This document shows, one piece after another, positions 53,647 through 64,000 of a stretch of DNA of 64,000 nucleotides. The notes below the pieces were generated by a model. It did no database searches. It worked only from the letters and a program-made list of their open reading frames with translations, and was not told where the DNA came from. Numbering within the stretch: position 1 is the stretch's first letter; every line of letters starts with the position of its first letter. The position numbers and the translations under genes are program-made. Source of the DNA: Epiperipatus broadwayi (taxonomy: Eukaryota; Animalia; Onychophora); contig JAQFVV010000007.1 in NCBI GenBank assembly GCA_028023455.1, forward strand, positions 3,534,001 to 3,598,000. The letters run 5' to 3'.

Positions 53647-55354
53647 GTACCTCTATTTCATTTCTGCGGTCTAAATTTAAGACATCGATAAACCAGCGCA
53701 ATTCACACATATAATGCAAACATATTTATCTATTCTATGCTTTGATAATATAATATAAAATCCACTTCCAATCCCCACATGACAAAATAAACGATTTACT
53801 GTTTACTAACCCCCTCCCTCTTCTTTCATGAATAATACTGCTTTATTTTAAGACTTAACAAACTAATTTTAAAAATGAATGATCGCCAAGTAGTTAATAC
53901 ACTATATTAATAATTATAAGATCTCATCTTCATAATACATATTGAATTTAATTTTATAATTTCCGAGCTGATTGTTTATTTGAAAGATACGGATTTTGTT
54001 TAATTTTACAGTCGCACAAAAGAGGAGCAACTCTTCTGCGAATATATGGGAAGAAAACATCAGCTCGGAAATCACGTGAGCATGAAATATAATATTTAAC
54101 TAATACACATAATTTTTAGATACCCAAGTAGAATAATAATAGATTGTTTTACGAGGTTCATTACAATAAGATTATTTATAGATAGTTACAGATCTATATT
54201 AAAGTTTAGTTAAAGTTACACGATTAGGAATTTGAAAGATGAAATTTAAGATACATTAGGAAATATAGAATTAACTTTAGAGTTCAAACAGTCTTTAATC
54301 TTGGGTATCATGTTACTTTTGATTCATCGAAGTTTGCACACTTATTTGGAGAGTCCGAGGTTCCTGGTTTAACAGCAGTCACATTTAGAAAAATATTTAG
54401 ACATAGGCAGCAGTATCAGTTTAGGTTTATCTCATTTTATGGGAAGCTCTGTATTGTATAGCCATCAGTCCGGAGAAGCACAGCAAGGCGCCTACTCTTT
54501 GCACATTGCTAGATTTGAATTTGGATCAGAAGAAACACGCAACAGCATACTTTTAAATTAATAGCTTTCTCTCTCTGACCTCCTTTAATAACTAGTTGTT
54601 GCTTTTATTCTCTTTTTCTTTATCTCTAGGATCCATCAAACAACTGTGTCATCCATCCAAGCTGTCTCTCTGGTCTATGCTACGTATCCCTTTAGGTCAC
54701 GGATGCATTAGTGGTACAGGTTGAAATTTCAATCTGACCACTTTTTAAAATTTACCTTTTTACATGACGTAATTTAGAAAAGCTTTTGACAAACCCTTTT
54801 TTATATCATTGTAGTTTAAAATACTTTTTAACCCTGTCATCTTTTCCCCCTCCCACTGTACTTTGCATTCTAATTAGCAGGGGAATTTCTATTTTTAAAT
54901 ACCTTTATGTTTACAATTTAAAAAGAACTTTATAGATTTATAATTTAAGTATTACCTGGATTTGACCTAAATAATAGCACATGTTTACATTTAAATATAT
55001 AATTATTAATTTATTTTATAAATTAAAATATTACTTAAATGATCACAGTAAGATCAATATGATTATTTAAATTTACATAAAATCACGCATGGCAACTTAA
55101 CAATACTCGGCAGTGCGTTATTTTAATATAAGGACTATATCTGAGTGTGTGCGCATATACGTTTTTAAATAATTGTACATATATTGCACATTATTACGCA
55201 CCAAATCCAATATTTAAGGTCAGAATCCATGCAAAACTTATAATAATGGGTGGGAGATGGAATGATGACAGAACTAAGGTGAAACTAAGATCTGAATACA
55301 AATCTTGGTTTCAATATACTACTATAATTATAAAATTAATAAATCTGAGTAAGA

Positions 55355-56342
55355 ACAATATGTAATATTTAAATATAAGTATATTGTCTCTACTGAACTT
55401 AATGTAATTAGAAAGAATTTGAACTCAGACTTTCAAGCTTCCTACAGTTATCCATTCCAACTTATACAACTAATACACATGTGAAAAAGATAAATAATCT
55501 CCAATATATGTATTATGTGCTGAACCAGCACTCATCAGTTGGTCCAGATCATAATCTCCCACACATACATATAATCAGTACTCAGTTTATATTAATATAG
55601 CAAATCTTCAAACTTTAATGGACAGATTTCGTTCTTCTCCAACCTCTAACTCTACAGCCATCCATGTCACTGAAAATCTGATGATGGAGCACTCAAAGCC
55701 CTTGACGATACCAATATTACTGTCATACCCATATTGACTTTAAGTCATTGTGAACCCTCATGTATAGGACCTTAATATGTCCATTCAAATACAGAAGAGG
55801 GATAAACAGAATAAAGGCTGAATATGTAATATTTAAATACAAGTATAAAGTCTAAATTCAAATCCCTTCTAATTATATTAAGTTCAGTATAGACAATATA
55901 CTTGTATTTAAATATTACATATTCAGCCTGTATTCTGACCATCTTCTTCTGTATATTTGAGTGGACATATTAAGGTCTTATATGTGAAGGGTCAGAGTGA
56001 TTTAAAATCAACATGGGTATAACAGTAATATTGGCATCCTCAAGGGCTTTGAGCATTATCTCATCAGATTTTCCATGTAATGGATAGCTGAAGCATTGGA
56101 GGGTGGAAAAGATTTAAGCATGTCTATTAAAGTTTGAAGATTTGCTATCTTAATATAAATTGAGCAATGATTATATGTATGTGTGGGAGATGATGATCTG
56201 GACCAATTGATAAATGCTGGTTCAGCACAAAATATGCATATTGGAGATCATTTTATCTTTTTCACAAGTATGCGGTCATTTGTATCGGTTGTCTACGATG
56301 GAGTGGCTAGCGGAAGGAAACTTTAAAGTCTGAGTTCAAATA
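55355..56342. mobile_element. Family B repeat: ~1 unit plus ~1 inverted unit (~465-480 bp each); degenerate hammerheads at 55501-55542 minus and 56203-56244 plus
   Basis: AATATGTAATATTTAAATA recurs at ~55355 and ~55820; AAAGTCT(G/A)A(G/A)TTCAAAT recurs at ~55847 and ~56325; homologous to 15845-16585. Confidence 0.82.
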
Positions 56343-56861
56343 TATCTGCATATATATTTATGTAAGGGCACATATACAAATATTGCATATCAACCTAAAA
56401 TATAATTTTAGCCATTGCTCACAAAATATTCTCCTAAATTTAGCACTAGAGCTCAACTATTTTTTTTTTATGCTTTAATTATAATTACAGCATTACTGTT
56501 GAAAAATTTCCCATACTGAGATCATTGTAAAAAAAACAAAACAAAAACAAATCAATCTCTTTTAAAGCTGAAGCAAAAAGTAATGATTTTCCAATAGGCA
56601 TATTTTATCATCAACAACAATAACAGAATTAATAGATGCGACACATGCTTCACTATCTCCAGAAAATGGACAAGCTGGTTAATTTACATATACATTTGCA
56701 TATATTACCATTTAATAATATCACAACTATTACTATTTTAGCTATGATTATGAGAGATTACATCTCAAAAGTGTTTAGCCTGGATTAACTCATTTTGATT
56801 GTTTGCTATCGACAGCTTCTTCAACCAGCGTTTTAAAGCGCTTATATATTCTAATAATCTT

Positions 56862-59800
56862 TTTTTTTTTTTTCAAAGGAAGGTTCATTGTCATAAAGGT
56901 TGCAAAGGAAGGTTTATTGATACAAAGGTATATTTATTGATACAAAGGTATATAATTTAATGTCATTCACTATGAGCCAGACAGCTCTGCGTTAACAAAT
57001 CCAACCATATAAACTAACATATTTAACTTAAACATGGGTATAAAATGAATAATATTACTTTACATTCATCATTAAAACAAATATGTACATAGATTTAAAA
57101 TAAGCATGGATACACACCAGGTCCATATATTTAATTATTTCATTATGGACTTCTCAATGTCACTCATCTTCCACATGCTCCTGAATGCTCATTGAGGAGC
57201 TAGTCTATTGTCTCTCCTTTTTATCACTGATATTCTGGATAAATATCCTCCATGGATCCATGATCTTACCAGGTAAAGATATTTAATTAGTTCATTGCCA
57301 ATGTTTTAATGTCAATCATTTCCCAAATGCTGCTAAATGTCAAATAAAGAGCGAGTCTCTTGTCTCTTTCCTTTATTGCACTGATCTTGATGAATATCCG
57401 CAGTGGGTCTGAGTTACTTGTGTCAAAAAGAAGTGTACATCTTGTCAACCAAACACTGAACATCTGCAAATATGCTTAATTTGATGCCCTGCATTAGAGT
57501 GGATATTAAAGTATTTTTCTTTTTATAAGTTGCAAAAATCAGCGTTCTACAGCTTTGCAAACCAACATACCAATCAAAGATGTGTTTGATAGTCTTGTCA
57601 TCTCTTTGACACAAATCACATATACTACTGATAGATTCATAACCCACAGAAACTCTCTGTGGACAGGGAATTGAGTTTAACTTTCACCAAGAAGTCGAAG
57701 AAATTTGGCTCCAGGCTCCACCATTTTAATTTTTTCAAGAAATTATAGTTATATTGAGTGTAGTACTGTCGGGTACTGTGTTATCAAAACAGAGATAATA
57801 TGCATCCCTGTGATGTCTAATAGCAGTTCAGATAGTCAAAAATCCCTACTAGGAGGTGGAGTGTCAGTGGGATGCACAAACACTGGATGAAAATTTTGTA
57901 GTCATAGGTTATTAAGTTTGGAATAAAGCTTGAAAGAACACTGGAGCCGAAGGTCCTGTAGCAAATGCAGCCCCAGGCCATTTAATTTAGTAAGTCTCTG
58001 CATTTTCCAATCCTAGGGAACAACAGAATGTTTAGGAGTGCTGTCTTGATATATAATGACGTGTAAACCTTCTGCAATAAGCCTATTATTCTTTTAGCGG
58101 CTATCAGGATAGTATTTTGGATCTCTCTTCAAATGCCAGAGGGGAAAGGTTAAATGCAAGGCCAAGAAACTTTGGGGGCCTAGCAGAGAATGAGGAATGT
58201 TGCTCCTCGAGGACAGCCTCCATGCCGCCGATTTAGTCAAATTAAAACATAAACCTGATTCACTTGAGAATTTGAACACAAGTCTCATAAGCCCTGAAAT
58301 GCACATACAAGAAGATAAGAACACAGCCAGGTCATCCATGTAAGCAATGAGATGTATATGCTTTTTAATGCTGGGAATAAAAACTCTAGGAAGACCATGT
58401 TCAATTCACTTCAGAAAAGAATTAACATATAGTATGAAAAGGAGGACACTCAAAGGCAAGCCCTGAGGGATAGATTTGGTAGGAAGAAACGAATTGGATA
58501 ATTTTCCATTTAATGATATTGAAATCTGCCCATTTCTAAGATTAGATATAATATTGATAATGCCAGGATTAATGTCCAGCTTACCAAACAGCTATGCAAG
58601 GTGGAGAATCCTAACAGAGTCAAAAGCCCCTGTAATGTCCAGCTGCCTCACAATAGGCCTAGATTTCCTATGCCTCCCGGTGTACTCAACAATTAGAGGT
58701 TAATTGGCAGTCCAGGAAGACCGTGTTCAATTCACTTCAGAAAAGAATTAACATATAATATAAAAAGGAGGGCACTCAAAGGTGAGCCCTGAGGAATAAT
58801 TTGGTAGGAAGAAACGAGTCGGATAATTTTCCATTTAATGATATTGAAATCTGCCTATTTCTAAGATTAGATATAATACTGATAATGCCAGAGTGAATGT
58901 CCAGCTCATCAAGCAGCTACACAAGGCGGAGAATCCTAACAGAGTCAAAAGCCCCTGTAATATCCAGCTGCATCACAATAGACCTAGATTTCCTATGCCT
59001 CCTGATGTACTCAACAATTAATTTGAGATGCTAATCACCTCTGCCATAGAGGATTCTTTTTTGTGCACTGGAAGTAGGATATTGAAGAAAGAATCTTATT
59101 CTGGAGTTTATCCTTAATTATCGACTCTGATTTTAATTATCAAAGGTGTCATGGAAATGGGCGCAGATTCTCAACAGGGGAAGGAATGATTCCCCTCTTG
59201 ATAAAAGGGACCATATCAATTGAACAAAGTTCATTAATCATTAGAGGGCCTGAAATTGTGGAATACCATGAAGACCTGGATGAGTTCTGTCTGGCACTGT
59301 AGCAATTTTAGATCAAATATCCACCTTAATAATGCCAGGAACTATCTCGCAAGGCTCATTACTACCTTCATGTTCAGGTTGGGGACCCACATCTGCCAGT
59401 TTACCCTGGTAATAGATTAAGATGTGAGTCAATATGGGGATACCAGTGTAGATGTCATCACCCACTTTGATGGCTGTCGGAGTTTTGATTTATTCTGGCA
59501 AACAAGAGCCCATCTAATATACCCCTTGGAGAACACATGGGCCTTTGCAAGATAGAACATTGCCTTCTTGGTTGCCAGATAATCAATAAGAATTTGTTGG
59601 GTACTAAAGAACTGCTGCATCGGCAAAATAATTGTTTGCACTGTAGTATGCATCAAAGGTGCACTCTTATTAGATTTCTGGATCTCATCCAACTTATGAA
59701 ATAATGCAGTAAGCCCTTTATTTATCCTAGTGCAATGAGATATCAGTGAAAACAAGATGTTCAAGAATGCAAACCAACCCTCAGCCGGATTCAAAGCAAG

Positions 59801-60803
59801 GATGTTAATTTTTCTAAAATAAATATGGGCTTCAGAGATGATTGCTTCTGGAGCCATGGATTTAAGAAGTAATCTGATAGTGGACTTGGCCTGTGCACAG
59901 GATTGCAGAAGTAAATCAATCGAAAAAGAAACCACAAGGGCATGATAGTTGGAGGAGAGAGAAATAAATGCCGGATTTGTGTAGAAGTGCAGTTCAGGTG
60001 AATAGAAAAGTAAGTCTATTAAAGTGGACACATCAAGCGAGTATTAAGCAAATGCAAAATTTTATGGTTAAATTCATCATAGTTCACATTAAAATCGCCA
60101 AGCAAGAATGTGGGAAAAGAGTTGGCATTCAGCACTATGTTTATTAACTGAATAGTATTGTAGATTAATGCGTTATCTCTCTGGAGATACAGGAAAATCA
60201 CATTAACATTAAAAGAGTTTATGTTTATTGAAGAGAAAATTAAATTGCTATTCAAATGGCATATTCTAAAGCTATGAACTGAAGAATTTTGAGGAATTGA
60301 CATTGTAACACCGCCTGAGGGATGGGCAGCAATAGAATAATGGAGAGATCCAATCTTCTGCGGATCTCTTCTGCAATTTTGCTATTACATCTGGATTAGT
60401 ATTTGTATGAAGCTTGGTCTCTGCAAAACAAAACAAATTTGGAGAAAAGGTGAGGATGCAGTGAGCGATGGCATCAACTCTCTGTAAATTTAAAAAAACA
60501 TGCTGCCAAACAAAAACCAATAAATCTATTATTTTCTGGCAGAGCAGTACTCACTCGCAGTATCAACAACAACTTAAAGCTAATAAAGCTAACAAGTCCC
60601 ATCTATGGTTGACTTCACAGTTGCCTCTTGCAGCAGCTTTAAAGAAGGATTCTCAATCCCATCCATGAATGACAGTTCCTGTTTGTTCAAACTCGGCTGC
60701 AGAAGAGACTGTGATAAATTCACACTGATAGGATCCTTCATGCATTACATTTCTCTACCGTCCACCCTTGGCTTTCTCACAAGGCTTTAATTTTTTTCCT
60801 TTA
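56862..60803 (-). mobile_element. Degraded, probably 5'-truncated L1/Tx1-like LINE (APE, RT, CCHC-like tail, poly(A))
   Basis: FCFAETKL, LLGDFN, STLIDLL (APE); LDITGAFDS, IPQGLPLS, AYMDD, SGLCFNLTKS (RT); CDLC...IKHIF; poly(A) at ~56860-56873; 12-bp TSD TCTAATAATCTT (56850-56861, 60804-60815). Confidence 0.85.
58389..59020. repeat. Tandem duplication of a ~306-bp RT segment (period 326) inside the L1/Tx1-like LINE
   Basis: GGAAGACC...GTACTCAACAATTA at 58389-58694 and 58715-59020. Confidence 0.9.
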
Positions 60804-62328
60804 TCTAATAATCTTAAACATAAAATATTACAACTTTTACAATATTAGATCAAATCCTATTAAAAAAAGCATGGTTTTTGTAACATTTGATCTAATAATA
60901 TTTTCATCTTCATAATTTACTTCTAAAGTTCATCTATTAACAAATTTGGAAATATTATGGTGTTAGCTAATTTTTTATAGAATAACAAATTTCCAGCACA
61001 TATATGCAAACATGTTAAGTCCTATTCTGAAAGTAAATTACACTAGAATACAATCTTTCACTTGAGTTTTAAAAATGGATAGCAAATAATACAGTATATG
61101 TCTGAACATTTGTGGTGATAGCATTTAACTTGCAGTTATATAATGGCAATTTCTATCATTCATTCACTTGAATAAAACTTTTTAAAGAAAAATTTTCAAC
61201 TGATACTTTTCCAAATATATTCAACTATTATTTTATTAACAGTTGAATAAATCTAGAAAAATAAAGTTTTAATATAAATTCTAATCACTAGAACTTGAAA
61301 TATCCTTTTGATGTTCATCACTATAATGAAATTAAACATTAATGCCTTACCAATCTTATTATTTACTGAGATATAAATGATCTTCACAAGTAAATCCTCT
61401 ATGTTCAATGTACCACAGAGAAGATAAAATAAGAGACTATATTCTAAGTCAATGCCTTATACATCAGACTACTAAAGATAGAAAACATGATGCTCTCTCA
61501 CCATAATCTGGGTCCAAGTCACCATTACTAGATAATTTTTCTCTGGGTTTCTTTTCTGTTGTTTGTTTACTACTTTTATTTTGCTTTTCTTCTGGTGTAT
61601 TAGATATATATTTGTACATGATCAACAACCATAAAAGCATCCAAATATAAACAATACTAATAAATATAAAATAAAAAAATCATGATGAAAAATTGGCTTC
61701 CACTGGATTGTTATTAATGTTGGTTAAAGCTATAGAACAGGCTTTCCTTCCCAGACATTATCTTTTTTCTCTCAAGAAAATAGTTTCCTCTTTTGTCAAT
61801 GTATACTTATTGTATTCACAGAACATATATACACAAATTACCATAGGACATTTTTTTCTGCTATGTTACTACTATGTGAAATTAGTGTTGAAAGATAATG
61901 TTTGAATTTTTCTAAAAATATATTTAACAATTCAAATAAGTAGATGAAAAAAATAGTCAATAATATGACTATAAGCAAATTATTCTCTAGATATAAACCA
62001 ATTATTCAAAAAAAATAGCAACTGTTAAAAAATAAAATGAAAAAAATCAACTATTTAGAAAACATAATATACTGTTTTGAAATACTATATAATATTATAA
62101 AAAGAAAGACTGCTAAGACTTTATTTTTATAAACAACATGGAGAAATCTAACTGGTATTTGAAATAATCTTTAGATGAAGTAAATTATTAGTCAAGCTTG
62201 CACAAATGATTAGTGAAATCCAGTGATTTAATAAATAATATTCTATCTATAGAATGGACAGATATCAGCAACAGAATTACAATGAAGGTATTGAAAGGAA
62301 TAATTCTAAGATGAATAATTGCTTCAGA

Positions 62329-62654
62329 TATTCCATTCCAAATATGAGAACAGTATTTAATGGGAAGTCATATAATAAAAAGCCAATAGACAAAAAATAA
62401 ATAAAACTTGGCCTAAATAAATTTGTGTTTCTGGAGAAGCAATATTTGAGTTATCTCTTCTATCAATAATCATCAATACTCAACTCTTCTCTATTCCATT
62501 CCAAATATAAGAACAGTATTTAATGGGAAGTCATATAATAAAAAGCCAATAGACAAAAAATAAATAAATCTTGACCTAAATAAATTCATGTTTCTGGGGA
62601 AGCAATATTTGAGTTATCTCTTCTATCAATAATCATCAATGCTCAACTCTTCTC
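62329..62654. repeat. Two-copy 163-bp tandem duplication
   Basis: TATTCCATTCCAAATAT at 62329 and 62492; copies nearly identical. Confidence 0.9.
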
Positions 62655-64000
62655 TAATAAAATTCAAGATGGAGATGAGATAACTTTACTCAGTTGAAAA
62701 CATTTCTTACTGCTAACAAATCATATATAATGAAGAGAATATTTTGTGAAAATCACTTTTTCAGATGTGTTTAGTAATTAGTAAATATTTTCAGGATCCA
62801 ATATTTTTTACCAGAATGTTTTGTGTATCATATTACTATTCAGAATATCATATTACAACAGAATTCAATTTTTTTTATTTTAATCAATTTTTATTTATAT
62901 TATTTATTTATTATATAATTTACACCAGCTAAATTATACATATATCATTATTCAAGCAGACAATAAAATATAGTCAATACTTTACATATTAACTATACTA
63001 ACAATCAAACCAGGTATTATCTATAAATCCACAGATTGTGGTCACCTTTCAAGACCGTTAAATCTTCTCTTCCTAATAAAAGCAAAATATTCTCACTTGA
63101 ATACTTTTAACTTATACTGGGTTTGCACCCAGGCATCATCCAGAGAATTAACTGCAATATCCACAATATATTTTAAATGCTTCTAGTGTTTCTTTCCTCA
63201 GCTGGCTTAATAGAATGTAAGAAATTCACCTCATTAGCAATCAGATATTGAACATTTAAAACAAGACTATGGTGAGAGATTCAAAGAAAAGAGAATGCAA
63301 GCCAAATTAGCAATTATAACAATATATTTATTTGCATCTATCTAATAACCGAGTATAACAACATAAACATAAATAAAACTTGAATTATTACAAATTTATT
63401 TTAAATAGAATTCATTTAGTCTTAAATAGAAAAATAATAGTTTATGTATTTTCTAGATTTAACCAGGTTTTGTAAGGAAATTAAATCTTACTCCCTTTTG
63501 CTTCAGTTTGACTCTAGACTTAGTTTTGACCCAGGTATTGGTTAAAGCTTTTCTAGAAATGATCTTTTTTTTTTTTTTCTTTTGACAGTGCTAGGAGATT
63601 TTTAATTTCTTCATTTATGTGCCATGAACCTAGGAACAATATTATTGTGTAGCAGCTTATAGCTTCTTCTTTCCAGGACAGTGCATAACTTCTTCATTTA
63701 ACTGTCCAACAACATACTTGAACATATGACAGGCCTATGTCTCAACAATAGAAAGTCAGAGTTTTGGTCACATCTCAGGTTTATTGATAATTTACAGGAA
63801 CTGCTTGGTGTAAGACCAAATGAATACCCCTTTTGCAAATCTAGCAGGATATGCTGGTGGTGATAATGCATCTGTAGAGATTCCTATATATTGCTTGAGC
63901 CACAAAACTAGAAGTCCCTGATGATAGAGACCGCAAAATTCAACAGCAACCACAGCAAACTAACAGCAGCAGAATAACTATACTAATGAAAATTTATTAG

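Noticed and set aside
54300-54730. LINE linker-region relic on the minus strand
   Set aside because: A single weak AWMDD-like match; insufficient support
1-64000. CRISPR arrays, rRNA genes or prokaryotic operons
   Set aside because: No repeat-spacer arrays or rRNA-like sequence; the window has spliceosomal signals and animal-type transposons

Overview
Very AT-rich, CpG-depleted animal (probably invertebrate) genomic DNA, made up mostly of intron or intergenic sequence full of transposon relics. The only clear host coding sequence is one large minus-strand exon (7295-9137) encoding a disordered Pro/Ser-rich N-terminal region. It reads in frame through a trinucleotide microsatellite into an uninterrupted CR1/L2-type reverse transcriptase (RT) fragment. 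Recognisable mobile elements: Penelope-like RT/GIY-YIG relics in an inverted pair, mariner and hAT relics, a gag-only LTR element with 1.8-kb LTRs, a near-intact full-length RTE LINE, an L1/Tx1-like LINE, a 110-bp tRNA-derived retroposon and several LINE fragments. The most striking unannotated signal is catalytic RNA. (i) Two non-coding repeat groups (family A, 453-456 bp units; families B/C, about 310-480 bp units) carry minimal type-I hammerhead ribozyme motifs. They are inserted as circularly permuted tandem-plus-inverted arrays, with 13-bp target-site duplications (TSDs) at the best-preserved insertions, which suggests Penelope-mobilised retrozyme-like RNAs. (ii) A CPEB3/HDV-like ribozyme fold begins exactly at the first base of the RTE element. 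All structures were read by eye. Ribozyme activity, clade assignments and novelty need computational and experimental confirmation.
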